Source: Trypanosoma brucei
Taxonomy: Eukaryota
DNA: 64,000 nt
Reading direction: 5' to 3'
NCBI GenBank assembly: GCA_000002445.1
Contig: CP000071.1
Span: forward strand, 2,048,001 to 2,112,000
Positions 43,209-54,679 of this stretch are shown here, in pieces. A program made the position numbers and the translations under genes. Every line of letters begins with the position of its first letter. The stretch's first letter is position 1. The notes beneath the pieces are model-generated. The model was not told the DNA's origin. It did no database searches and saw only the letters and a list, made by a program, of their open reading frames with translations.

Positions 43209-44798
43209 ATGCTCCGTCGGTTGCACACTCGTATCTTAGGAATGGGTTCCGTTTGTGGCATGCCCCCTTCGCCCATGGCTGAGGTTTTCCTCAAGTCCCT
43301 TCCACCTCCAGCGCAAGTGGATTTAGTCAAATACCATCGGTTTGAACAGGAGGAGGCGAACCGCATGCGCGTCCCGCGATGCACAACGTCCCCCGAGCCG
43401 TTTTATGACATTCAAAGCGGCGCGGCCGGGCACAAACATGTGGTGCTCATCACGCGTGAAGGGAACTTGATTACGTTTGGGGAGAACAGATACGGCCAGT
43501 CAGCTGCGCCTGGAGAAAGTGTGAGAGGCGGAGGAAGGTTAGGTGAGAACCGTCAACAACCCTTAGCGAAACATTCTGATCAACACGTAAGCGCAGCACC
43601 AATGTATGTGGATTTGGACGGTGCCTTCGCGGGAGGGAACAAAAGTGTTGCTTGTGGATCCAACTACACCATTGTGTACCAACCGGGTGGCCGTCGCGCT
43701 ATTGGTTTTGGCAACAATCACATGGGACAGCTGGGCATAGGACATAAAAAACAAGTTGATGCATCAAGAGGCTTCGCAGAGTGGGACCCCACTGCTGCCT
43801 GGTGGGGCGGGAATACGAACGTTATCCGTACGATTACATGCGGCTTCAATCACACGATACTGCAACTTTCTTCGGGGGAGCTTCTTTCGTTTGGCAGCAA
43901 CACGTGGGGTGAGTTGGGGATTGGCTCCACCGTGTCCCCTATGCAACCCACACCAATCCGTTTCTTCGAAGAGAAGGGCATTGTAGTGGTTAAGACCGTG
44001 GCAGGAAATAGTTTTACACTCTTCCTTACAGCCGATGGTCGGGTTTACGGTTGTGGAGCAACAAATGCTGGGCAATTGCCAGCAAACGTGTTTGAGCCGG
44101 CGCCGGTGCTTCTCACCCGCAGTTTTCAACAGGGCTGCAAAGTTGTACCCGGTAGGGTTCACGGAGGGCCCACTCAACCGAAGCTCATACGCATCAAGGA
44201 CATCGCTTGCGTGGGTTCCATGGCGGTTTACGCAAGCCGTAAAAATGAGCTGTTCGTGCAGGGAGCTCTGCCAGACTACGGGTATCAAGTACCTTCACCA
44301 CGCTTTCAACTAGTTGACCAGCAGCCGGCAATTGATTATCTAACAGAAATGATGGAGCACAACAAAAAGAAAGGTGGAACCAGATGGATGGATGACAAGG
44401 GAAGCGAGGCTCACACTGGTTTCGACATTGTACGGCTCGTGCAAGGACCGAGCACGCTGCTGGTCATTTATAAAAATGGCTGCGTTGCGGGTCTCGGTGC
44501 GAACGCGGAGGGACAGCTGCAGAACATTCGTAGGTCCCAAAAAGGGAAGGAGGTGAACCTCGCTAAAGCATTTACCGCCAACGGCTTGCTACCCGTCTGT
44601 TTCCCCTCAAAACCGTATGAAGCGGGAGGAAAACAAACGGCTGCGCTGCCGTGGTTCACGTGCGGGGCAGGTTTCACACTTTTGTTTGACAACAACGAGG
44701 TTTACGATGATGGAGGACAGGTTAAGCCGATAGAACTACCACCACCAGCGCCCACGTCGCGTCGTGGGGCCGCCGCTGCTCTGCGGAGCATGCGTTAG
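43209..44798 (+). CDS. RCC1-repeat (regulator of chromosome condensation-like) beta-propeller protein
   Basis: At least five RCC1-type blades: 'HVVLITREGNLITFGENRYGQSA', 'GFGNNHMGQLGIGH', 'SFGSNTWGELGIGS', 'YGCGATNAGQLP', 'GLGANAEGQLQN'. Track start 42903 is GTG; first ATG is 43209. Confidence 0.8.
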   Translation: MLRRLHTRILGMGSVCGMPPSPMAEVFLKSLPPPAQVDLVKYHRFEQEEANRMRVPRCTTSPEPFYDIQSGAAGHKHVVLITREGNLITFGENRYGQSAAPGESVRGGGRLGENRQQPLAKHSDQHVSAAPMYVDLDGAFAGGNKSVACGSNYTIVYQPGGRRAIGFGNNHMGQLGIGHKKQVDASRGFAEWDPTAAWWGGNTNVIRTITCGFNHTILQLSSGELLSFGSNTWGELGIGSTVSPMQPTPIRFFEEKGIVVVKTVAGNSFTLFLTADGRVYGCGATNAGQLPANVFEPAPVLLTRSFQQGCKVVPGRVHGGPTQPKLIRIKDIACVGSMAVYASRKNELFVQGALPDYGYQVPSPRFQLVDQQPAIDYLTEMMEHNKKKGGTRWMDDKGSEAHTGFDIVRLVQGPSTLLVIYKNGCVAGLGANAEGQLQNIRRSQKGKEVNLAKAFTANGLLPVCFPSKPYEAGGKQTAALPWFTCGAGFTLLFDNNEVYDDGGQVKPIELPPPAPTSRRGAAAALRSMR

Positions 44799-47100
44799 TG
44801 ACGTATAACATCGTGCATTAGGAAGTGCCTCCGTGGCTTGGGGGAAAAAGAAAAATGGCGCTGACGACTGGATACCATTGCAGCACCTGAACTTTACATG
44901 TCACCTCGGCTTAGAGGAGAGGTTGTCATGCTTTTCTTGCATTTCGCAGTGGACTGCTATGTTCTTCTGGTTTTGCACGTACCGTATGGACAATCCATGC
45001 GCGAATTCGACCCGGCGTTGCGTTGGCTTGAGGGGAAACGGTAACGAGGCACACTGCTTGGCAGCACATGCACCAAGAAAGAAAAAAGGCACCGGACCGT
45101 AACGATGACATGTAGAGTTGACTTAAGTTAAGTGATATACACTTTATCCCACCGCACCGCCTATTGGTGAGGAAAAGGTTTCATGAGCAACTGCCACTCC
45201 AACCCCAGTGAGGCATGGCGTCAACTCCTCCGGCTCCAAGAGGGGGTGTAAAATAAGGGATGGCGATTCGGTTGAATGTTGAGGCAACGCTCTCTCTTTT
45301 AAGGAAACACACACACGCTGAAGGAAATGGCCGTGGCATCCGGTAACTTAAAATCACCGGCCACTAGCGCCGGTTCCCCAAACTTGAATAAGCTACTGGC
45401 CTCTTGGCTGCTGTGCGCCAATGCGAAAAGACGAGTTAGCGGGGGAAACACATCAATCGGCGTTACCTTTACACGTGTAATTGTTAGTAGTTGAACATCT
45501 GGAAAGGAGGAGAAATCCATGGACCAAGTTGGGCATCAAGCGCGCACATGGTGCAGCTTGCGATGGCAGCCCTTTAACGATGAAACTGCGCGTTAACTTA
45601 CCTGGAAGCCGACGGTGAATTGACGGAGTTTCAGTTGTGTTTGGGCGGAGCCTCGGCCAGCTGTGTTTTTTTTTTTTTTCTTCGCTTCCACACTTCCCGC
45701 ATCTGTACACTCCAGTGGTGTTAGTCCATCTCACCTCTCCTCTTGGAGTTGCGGAACCAACGTCTCTGTTGCAGCCGCGAGTTTCTGTCACCACAGCTTC
45801 CGGTGCGTCCCCCATTTTCTCTTCTCCTTTGCCGTTGGGAAGGGCCACATTTATTGTGCTCACGGAAGCATTGAAACGAGGCAATATGCCCCGTACATCG
45901 GCACCCTTGCGCACGAGCCACAAACGGAACCCCCGCTTTCTCACATGTTTGTCAACTTTGACGGTTGGTTGACCCGCCGCCTGGAAGTGTACCGAAGTCA
46001 GCGACGGCCACCCGCAATCGTCTGAAGTTTTAATCGCCCTCGTGGCACCGGGTCCTTTCAATTGATCAGTTGACGGTTCCGAAGTGGACCGGAACGTTAT
46101 GGATGAAGTCGCAAGGGGAACGCTTCACAACAGCGAGGGCTGCCGCCTTATTCAACTGACGAATAATGTTAAACTGCATCGCGAAGGAAGTACACAACAG
46201 TGGGCAACAGCACCTCTCTCACCGTAACGGGTTTAGAAGTTTCCGGAGGTTTCAAACGACTGGCCACGAGACGGAAGAGTGTGGTAACAGCTTGTGCGGA
46301 AGAAAAATAAAAAGAAGATGCAAAAAAAATCTCAAATTGAGTGGGAAGAAAAAACAGTGCGGATATTTTTCTGCCCGGCAGTACCAACGCCGATTCCCTC
46401 TACATATGCGAACTAACTAAATGTATGAAATCCGGCAGGCAACTTTCGGTCGTTTCAATTTTCCCTTCCTCAGTCAGAATGCGGGTGGGAAGTAGTTACT
46501 GTTGAAGGAATGGGCTCAAGGTGGCGACAACCAACAACAGCTCCAACACAAACTTCAGGCCCCGCCACATTCGAGGGGTACAGACCAACAGCCCTACGAG
46601 TAAACCGTTTGTCGTGCCCCCGCTAAGGTTCCCCACCACTTCTAGCGGATGAACAAAAAAAAAGACGAAAGTGTCGCGCCACACCTCACTGCAATCTTCA
46701 GTGCCCCGTGGCTGTCTCTTGGGGTGCAATAAATGCTCTGCTATTTTCTGCCCATCACTTCCCACGAACGTGCATCCCCTGTCCAAGCCACTATCCTTCC
46801 ATGCTTCACTTCGGTCCCTCTGTTCCATCATATATAAATATATATGTGTGTGTGTGTGTGTGCCTTTGCCGTTTCATCGTCGTTCCATCGGCCATGCGCA
46901 TCACCTCGGTCGTGTTTGGCCAATAGATTTCCAAAAAAGAAAAAATCACTGCGGTGCGCAACTAATTTGTGTTCCTGCTCAAATGCGCCACTACACAAAC
47001 GACGTACCTCTTCAGCGACTCGTTGGGTGGCACTCTACCCATCGTTTGGTAACCGAAGATCAAACAAAATAAAAAGGTATCAGCATAGAAACAACTACTC
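44799..47100. other. Convergent strand-switch region: the plus-strand housekeeping unit ends and the minus-strand surface-gene unit ends
   Basis: Coding polarity changes from + (the RCC1 gene ends at 44798) to - (first minus-strand gene ends at 48002). There is no convincing ATG ORF between them. Contains T15 (about 45665-45680) and (TG)9 (46844-46862). Confidence 0.55.
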
Positions 47101-48001
47101 TACCTCACACAACGTACCCGCCATACGAGCGTACGGTGGAAAGCAGGATAGGCAATCTTTTACCCTCACTCTGGTCTTTCAGAAGCATAAAACACAACCC
47201 CGGAACAAGATTAGACGTTCTTAACCGAAAGCAAACTTACACCTTCCAACATCATAACAAAGTTAAACAAGGTGAATCACACCGACCGTATAAGATAATG
47301 ATTAAATTGCAAGAAACGTCAGTGAAAGAATCTGTGTGCGCGTACTGCACCTTCATTACTAAGAACAAGGCAGATGGAGGGATTGAAATGCTTTCTTTCA
47401 ATTTTATCGCCACCGTTATTTTCATTATTTTGAAAGTGCAGATGGCGTGCGTAGTAGAATGTGTTAGGTTGTATCGTTTGAGCTAAGTCAACGTCCGTGA
47501 TAGGGACACACTCATTCAAAATAACCAGTCCTGACGTTCTGCTTTTTCTGTTACAGGATAAAGAGGGTGCACTCTCATTGCACAAAATCCAAAATCATCC
47601 ACCCTTCGGATAGCTTCCATCATCACAAAATATCCCTCAAGCATTTTCCACCCTTCCTATCAAGACTAAAATATTGCGGAAGTGAATTTAATCGCTTTCA
47701 ATTCTAGTTTGATTTAGTGAAGTGCTCCAAGCGTTCCAGTTAACAGCATCACAATATTTGTACCAAAAGCAAATGCTCCCATTATGTGTGCTTGAATATT
47801 TCCTCCCTACAATCATATATTATTGTGTCCCCCTACCCCCAGCACCGGATTGATTATTATTTCCGGTATCTTTTCCGTATTATTTTTGCTACCCCTATTT
47901 TTCCCATCCCCGGTTTTTCCATCCCTTTTTACATCCTTTTCTTTTACCATTATTGGTCAGCTTGATCCCATTGGAATAAATACGTGTGTTACAAATCATA
48001 C

Positions 48002-49087
48002 TCAGCCCCTCCTAACACCCCCTGTTGGAAATAATTCTTCGAGGTCGCCTTCCAACTTCTCAATGGCACTCTTCAGCCCTCTTCCCTCTACATTGTCCTC
48101 ACTTAAATCACCCATTAACGTCGCAATTTCCCGCAATTCACCCAACCAAGGTATGTCCTCAACCATCCCAGCCCTGGTGTTTATAATGTAATGCACACCC
48201 GGGCCAGGTACGTACCCCGACAGGAACTCGAGCGGCCAAAAGAGTTGCTTTTTGTGTTTTCCCAAAACGTACATAGTCCCGCTGCAACCATCGACACGGT
48301 GGTTCAGGCTGCGACGAAATTTTTCCACCAGCTTAGCAAACCCTTCTTTGTGCCCCTCCACATTTGAACATTGTGACACAAGGAAATTCCACCTCTTCTG
48401 GGCATCATTTCTTGGTCTCCACACTCTACGATTTTCACCAGAAACGCAATTTTCACAGCAAAGTTTGGTTTTCCTTCTTGACTTTCTGTCTGTTGCGCAC
48501 AGACACAGTAAATCCCTGCTCAGTGACACGGGCCCCTGATTCACTTCGGGTTGTGAAACATCTCCCTCACATACACGCTTTCTGGTTGCACTTCTTTCCC
48601 TCATTTTTTTCGGTTGATGTGGTATACCATAAAGGGCGCGATTCAGCATTTGCTTTATTATATCCCCGTTCAACACCCAGTGTCTCTTCGTCATATTCCC
48701 ATATATCGTTTCGGCAGCGGATGCTACTTGCTTTACCTTCTCCAGTTTCTCATCATCCAAACTTTCTTTGCCTGCATTTCCCTCGCTCATCGACAGTTTT
48801 GCTGCATCCCAAAACACCTTGGAGTATTCACAGCTTTCGTCATTGTTGTCAATACAGGTATTGCTTAATTTCACGTCTCCAGCCAACTCAAGACATCTTG
48901 ATCCAATCTTCGTCAATGACTTGTTGACTTCCTGGGCTTCTTCTACCCTTTGCAATGCACCTTTCGCGAAATTAATCATACCACATAGGGCTCCAAATTC
49001 ATCTTCATTGACAATTTTTCCCTCCCCGAAGATACTTGTTCGGAGCACCAAGGCAAACAAAACGACGCAATATTTAATACCACACAT
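48002..49087 (-). CDS. Secreted Cys-rich protein (361 aa), family member A, no recognisable homology
   Basis: ATG start. Signal peptide 'MCGIKYCVVLFALVLRTSIFG', about 14 Cys including 'LLCLCATD' and 'KLCCENC'. There is no C-terminal hydrophobic tail. It is about 98.6% identical to the copy at 51897..52982. Confidence 0.7.
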   Translation of the reverse strand: MCGIKYCVVLFALVLRTSIFGEGKIVNEDEFGALCGMINFAKGALQRVEEAQEVNKSLTKIGSRCLELAGDVKLSNTCIDNNDESCEYSKVFWDAAKLSMSEGNAGKESLDDEKLEKVKQVASAAETIYGNMTKRHWVLNGDIIKQMLNRALYGIPHQPKKMRERSATRKRVCEGDVSQPEVNQGPVSLSRDLLCLCATDRKSRRKTKLCCENCVSGENRRVWRPRNDAQKRWNFLVSQCSNVEGHKEGFAKLVEKFRRSLNHRVDGCSGTMYVLGKHKKQLFWPLEFLSGYVPGPGVHYIINTRAGMVEDIPWLGELREIATLMGDLSEDNVEGRGLKSAIEKLEGDLEELFPTGGVRRG

Positions 49088-50102
49088 TTTTCCTGCTTTT
49101 CACTTTGCTCAATATATTCACCTCCTGAAGATACACAGAAAAGGAACTATAAAAGTAGCACAATCTGTACGTTCTACTATTAACATTTCCTGACACCACA
49201 AATATATAGCATTAACATTCCAACAACATATTGGATAAGTGTAACCGGGTCTCGGAAATAGGGAACCGATGCAACAAAAAACGAAATAGAGTTATAGCTT
49301 TTACCAATTACACCCCAAGGAGTTCCCGACAAAACATTGTTAAACGCAGTCCCGGTGTGTATGTGAGAGACCCCAGCCGAAAGTAAACTCATTTTCTCAT
49401 GCTTTAATGTGGAGACCACGTATATTTTAACAGAAACCTTTTTGTGTTGTCGTTGTAGCTTGCGCACACTGTTTAATTAAATGGTGAGAAACGCTTATAG
49501 AATGCTTTGGGTACAAATGGGATATACATACGTGAAAGTACAGATACGTGCGCACGTATGTGGTCTCCCCACACTGCTTCGCCCTGGGTTACGCATACTC
49601 GACAACTTCCTAGCTCGTTGAGAATTACCTCTCTACGAGGTGGAAAACCTTCCTCAAACTCACACACATAAGGAATTCCCTCCCTTTACAGTGGGAATAT
49701 TCACTGCTTTCGTTTATCACAAACTATAATAAGTGTCAAACAAACAATTGATTAGTTTTCCTTTCCACAAAGATATGCACGCTACACGCGAGTCACTACG
49801 AAGTGGAACATATTATCCTAGACTTTTCAACAGTCGGCGATTACTTCACACAAAATACGCTCAATGTGACAAGACAGTTATGCCAACACCAACACATACT
49901 CTCTACGGAAATAGTATCGGTTATCTCATGAGCAGTTTGTGTGTGCATGATGCTACGAATATTATGAGGGGATATATGTGCGCGCGTATTAGAAGAGGGT
50001 AAATGGACGTACAAGCAAAAAGATGTTATCGCGTATAAGCCTTAAAAAACTATGACCTCGGAATAAAGCAAAGAGTCATGGGTTTTAGAGCCCAGCTTTC
50101 AT

Positions 50103-50768
50103 TCAAAGTAACGTGCTGTACAAAAAAGGAATAAAAAAACAACGACCACCAAATATGGTCGGTATGGATCCATTGTTTTGGTTACTCTGTGGCTCAGTCG
50201 ATTTCATATCCACTGCTTTTTCAGTTTTAGTCTGTGGTCCCTTAATGGTCGGCTTCTCTTGGCCAACTTTTTCGGTCACATTATCTGATGTTTCGGTCGC
50301 GGGCTTCTCTTTGGGTTTCTCTTTAGATTCCTTCTCAGTACTTGCTCGTGCTGGTGCTGATACGGTAGCAGTTCTCTGGCTCTCATGGTTTGATTCACCC
50401 ACATTAATATCTGGGAGGTTGCTGCAGTCGGGGCCGGCCTCGCGATGTGCCTCCTCCTCCTTTTTGATAATTTGATCGACGCGATCGTGGGTGCACAGGT
50501 AATGGGTCGTTCTTCCACCTGTTGTAAAACGCAAAGGACATGAGTTTCCAACGGCTACCAACCTCACCTCTTCCGAGCCCAGTTTGCAGTGTCTTGATAA
50601 CGAATCTCCTACATACTTCGCCAACTTCTTACAAACAGCCCTGTGTACTCCATCCTTTCTGCACACTTCGTCAGTAGGCCACTGAAGTTCTATTTCGACG
50701 AAATCCGGTCCAAGGGCGAGGTTTGAACGGGCCGAAAACACACACAGGAATAGCAGCACTCTCCTCAT
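50103..50768 (-). CDS. Small GPI-anchor-type surface protein (221 aa), variable N-terminal domain and conserved Lys/Glu/Pro/Thr-rich stalk and tail
   Basis: ATG start. Signal peptide 'MRRVLLFLCVFSARSNLALG'. C-terminal 'GSIPTIFGGRCFFIPFLYSTLL' hydrophobic GPI-signal-like tail. The stalk 'KESKEKPKEKPATETSDNVTEKVGQEKPTIKGPQTKTEK' is shared with its paralog at 53996..54679. Confidence 0.6.
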   Translation of the reverse strand: MRRVLLFLCVFSARSNLALGPDFVEIELQWPTDEVCRKDGVHRAVCKKLAKYVGDSLSRHCKLGSEEVRLVAVGNSCPLRFTTGGRTTHYLCTHDRVDQIIKKEEEAHREAGPDCSNLPDINVGESNHESQRTATVSAPARASTEKESKEKPKEKPATETSDNVTEKVGQEKPTIKGPQTKTEKAVDMKSTEPQSNQNNGSIPTIFGGRCFFIPFLYSTLL

Positions 50769-51896
50769 TTTACACCTACGGCAGGAACAAAGAAAAGATA
50801 CGAGAAGAAAATCAATGCTCTAGTTTACACAACTTACCAAAAAAAATAACATACCCTGCACAGCAACGTACATGATGTTTCGCTAGCACTACAACCTCCC
50901 AAGTCTGCAAATACCCGCCTGTTGTGCACACGTGGAAGAAGCAGACCACAAAAAAAAACCGTTTGATTGCTAACCTTCCGTGACGGTTGAACAACAAAAC
51001 CACCATGTCCCCTGAGAAAATAGTGGGGTGCACCCTCCCTACATTTTATTATAGTGCAGTTTCAGCGTGGAAAACATGAGCATAAAACACAACCCCGGAA
51101 CAAGATTAGACGTTCTTAACCAAAAGCAAACTTACACCTTCCAACATCATAACTAAATTAAACAAGGTGAATCACACCGACCGTATAAGATAATGATTAA
51201 ATTGCAAGAAACGTCAGTGAAAGAATCTGTGTGCGCGTACTGCACCTTCATTACTAAGAACAAGGCAGATGGAGGGATTGAAATGCTTTCTTTCAATTTT
51301 ATCGCCACCGTTATTTTCATTATTTTGAAAGTGCAGATGGCGTGCGTAGTAGAATGTGTTAGGTTGTATCGTTTGAGCTAAGTCAACGTCCGTGATAGGG
51401 ACACACTCATTCAAAATAACCAGTCCTGACGTTCTGCTTTTTCTGTTACAGGATAAAGAGGGTGCACTCTCATTGCACAAAATCCAAAATCATCCACCCT
51501 TCGGATAGCTTCCATCATCACAAAATATCCCTCAAGCATTTTCCACCCTTCCTATCAAGACTAAAATATTGCGGAAGTGAATTTAATCGCTTTCAATTCT
51601 AGTTTGATTTAGTGAAGTGCTCCAAGCGTTCCAGTTAACAGCATCACAATATTTGTACCAAAAGCAAATGCTCCCATTATGTGTGCTTGAATATTTCCTC
51701 CCTACAATCATATATTATTGTGTCCCCCTACCCCCAGCACCGGATTGATTATTATTTCCGGTATCTTTTCCGTATTATTTTTGCTACCCCTATTTTTCAC
51801 ATCCCCGATTTTTCCATCCCTTTTTACATCCTTTTCTTTTACCATTATTGGTCAGCTTGATCCCATTGGAATAAATACGTGTGTTACAAATCATAC

Positions 51897-52982
51897 TCAG
51901 CCCCTCCTAACACCCCCTGTTGGAAATAATTCTTCGAGGTCGCCTTCCAACTTCTCAATGGCACTCTTCAGCTCTCTTCCCTCTACATTGTCCTCACTTG
52001 AATCACCCATTAACGTCGCAATTTCCCGCAATTCACCCAACCAAGGTATGTCCTCAACCATCCCAGCCCTGGTGTTTATAATGTAATGCACACCCGGGCC
52101 AGGTACGTACCCCGACAGGAACTCGAGCGGCCAAAAGAGTTGCTTTTTGTGTTTTCCCAAAACGTACATAGTCCCGCTGCAACCATCGACACGGTGGTTC
52201 AGGCTGCGACGAAATTTTTCCACCAGCTTAGCAAACCCTTCTTTGTGCCCCTCCACATTTGAACACTGGGACACAAGGAAATTCCACCTCTTCTGGGCAT
52301 CATTTCTTGGTCTCCACACTCTACGATTTTCACCAGAAACGCAATTTTCACAGCAAAGTTTGGTTTTCCTTCTTGACTTTCTGTCTGTTGCGCACAGACA
52401 CAGTAAATCCCTGCTCAGTGACACGGGCCCCTGATTCACTTCGGGTTGTGAAACATCTTCCTCACATACACGCTTTCTGGTTGCACTTCTTTCCCTCATT
52501 TTTTTCGGCTGATGTGGTATACCATAAAGGGCGCGATTCAGCATTTGCTTTATTATATCCCCGTTCAACACCCAGTGTCTCTTCGTCATATTCCCATATA
52601 TCGTTTCGGCAGCGGATGCTACTTGCTTTACCTTCTCCAGTTTCTCATCATCCAAACTTTCTTTGCCTGCATTTCCCTCGCTCATCGACAGTTTTGCTGC
52701 ATCCCAAAACACCTTGGAGTATTCACAGCTTTCGTCATTGTTGTCAATACAGGTATTGTTTAATTTCACGTCTCCAGCCAACTCAAGACATCTTGATCCA
52801 ATCTTCGTCAATGACTTGTTGACTTCCTGGGCTTCTTCTACCCTTTGCAATGCACCTTTCGCGAAATTAATCATACCACATAGGGCTCCAAATTCATCTT
52901 CATTGACAATTTTTCCCTCCCCGGAGATACTTGTTCGGAGCACCAAGGCAAACAAAACGACGCAATATTTAATACCACACAT
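51897..52982 (-). CDS. Secreted Cys-rich protein (361 aa), family member B
   Basis: ATG start. It differs from copy A at about 5 residues (for example S20 vs F, N vs S in 'KLNNTC', 'CEEDVS', 'MGDSSEDNVEGRELK'). Confidence 0.7.
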   Translation of the reverse strand: MCGIKYCVVLFALVLRTSISGEGKIVNEDEFGALCGMINFAKGALQRVEEAQEVNKSLTKIGSRCLELAGDVKLNNTCIDNNDESCEYSKVFWDAAKLSMSEGNAGKESLDDEKLEKVKQVASAAETIYGNMTKRHWVLNGDIIKQMLNRALYGIPHQPKKMRERSATRKRVCEEDVSQPEVNQGPVSLSRDLLCLCATDRKSRRKTKLCCENCVSGENRRVWRPRNDAQKRWNFLVSQCSNVEGHKEGFAKLVEKFRRSLNHRVDGCSGTMYVLGKHKKQLFWPLEFLSGYVPGPGVHYIINTRAGMVEDIPWLGELREIATLMGDSSEDNVEGRELKSAIEKLEGDLEELFPTGGVRRG

Positions 52983-53995
52983 TTTTCCTGCTTTTCACTT
53001 TGCTCAATACATTCACCTCTTGAAGATACACAGAAAAGGAACCATAAAAGTAGCACAATCTGCACGTTCTATTATTAACATTTCCTGACACCACAAATAT
53101 ATAGCATTAACATTCCAACAACATATTGGACAAGTGTAACCGGGTCTCGGAAATAGGGAACCGATGCAACAAAAAACGAAATAGAGTTATAGCTTTTACC
53201 AATTACACCCCAAGGAGTTCCCGACAAAACATTGTTAAACGCAGTCCCGGTGTGTATGTGAGAGACCCCAGCCGAAAGTAAACTCATTTTCTCATGCTTT
53301 AATGTGGAGACACCATATATTTTAACAGAAACCTTTTTTTGTTGTCGTTGTAGCCTGCGCACACTGTTTAATTAAATGGTGAGAAACGCTTATAGAATGC
53401 TATAGGTACAAATGGGATATACATACGTGAAAGTACAGATACGTGCGCACGTATGTGGTCTCCCCACACTGCTTCGCCCTGGGTTACGCATACTCGACAA
53501 CTTCCTAGCTCGTTGAGAATTACCTCTCTACGAGGTGGAAAACCTTCCTCAAACTCACACACAAGGAATTCCCTCCCTTTACAGTGGGAATATTCACTGC
53601 TTTCGTTTATCACAAACTATAATAAGTGTCAAACAAACAATTGATTAGTTTTCCTTTCCACAAAGATATGCACGCTACACGCGAGTCACTACGAAGTGGA
53701 ACATACTATCCTAGACTTTTCAACAGTCGGCGATTACTTCACACAAAATACGCTCAATGTGACAAGATAGTTATGCCAACACCAACACATACTCTCTACG
53801 GAAATAGTATCGGTTATCTCATGAGCAGTTTGTGTGTGCATGATGCTACGAATATTATGAGGGGATATATGTGCGCGCGTATTAGAAGAGGGTAAATGGA
53901 CGTACAAGCAAAAAGATGTTATCGCGTATAAGCCTTAAAAAACTATGACCTCGGAATAAAGAAAAGAGTCATGGGTTTTAGAGCCCAGCTTTCAT

Positions 53996-54679
53996 TCAAA
54001 GTAACGTGCTGTATAAAAAAGGAATAAAAAAACAACGACCACCAAATATGGTCGGTATGGATCCACTGTTTTGGTTACTCTGCGGCTCAGTCGATTTCAT
54101 ATCCACTGCTTTTTCAGTTTTAGTCTGTGGTCCCTTAATGGTCGGCTTCTCTTGGCCAACTTTTTCGGTCACATTATCTGATGTTTCGGTCGTGGGCTTC
54201 TCTTTGGGTTTCTCTTTAGATTCCTTCTCAGTACTTGCTCGTGCTGGTGCTGATACGGTAGCAGCCTGTTTGTGCTCCTGGCTTGAAACGAGTACAATGT
54301 GTAAGGGCAGTTTGCTACAGTCGTGGCCAGGTGCACTGAGCACAGATTTCTGAAGCTCCTCTTGCTTCTTTATAATTTCCTCCAGGGTACCTCTGGTACA
54401 CGTGTAGTAAGTTGGAGTTTCCCCAGTTATGTTGAGCTGCACAGGACAAGAGTCTCCAGCGGTCTTTTTGGCATCATCTTCCGAACTCTCTTTACATCCT
54501 TTCTTCATTGCGTCTTTCACAGATGACGCCAGCCGCGGACAAAGATGCTCGGTACTGTGTCGGTCTCTGCAGGGTACACCATAAGGCACCAAAACCGTCA
54601 CTTCAACGAGGTCTTCGCCAGCAGAAAGCATTGAACAGGTCGAGAACACACACAGAAATAACAGCACTTTCCCCATCAT
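53996..54679 (-). CDS. Small GPI-anchor-type surface protein (227 aa), paralog with a divergent N-terminal domain
   Basis: First ATG gives 'MMGKVLLFLCVFSTCSMLSAG' (the track TTG start is 54697). Its N-terminal approximately 130 aa share only scattered identity with the 50103..50768 product (conserved Cys and 'YxCT' positions). The C-terminal approximately 90 aa are essentially identical. Confidence 0.6.
   Translation of the reverse strand: MMGKVLLFLCVFSTCSMLSAGEDLVEVTVLVPYGVPCRDRHSTEHLCPRLASSVKDAMKKGCKESSEDDAKKTAGDSCPVQLNITGETPTYYTCTRGTLEEIIKKQEELQKSVLSAPGHDCSKLPLHIVLVSSQEHKQAATVSAPARASTEKESKEKPKEKPTTETSDNVTEKVGQEKPTIKGPQTKTEKAVDMKSTEPQSNQNSGSIPTIFGGRCFFIPFLYSTLL

Noticed and set aside
45453..46061. 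202-aa minus-strand ORF in the strand-switch region
   Set aside because: The track start is TTG. The first ATG leaves only about 120 aa with no motif. It lies where neither transcription unit is expected to encode genes. I kept it as not called rather than as absent.
48252..48927. Plus-strand ORFs (95-187 aa) inside the 361-aa genes, and their duplicates at 52147..52822
   Set aside because: These are antisense to ATG-initiated, signal-peptide-bearing genes. They are duplicated only because the locus is duplicated.
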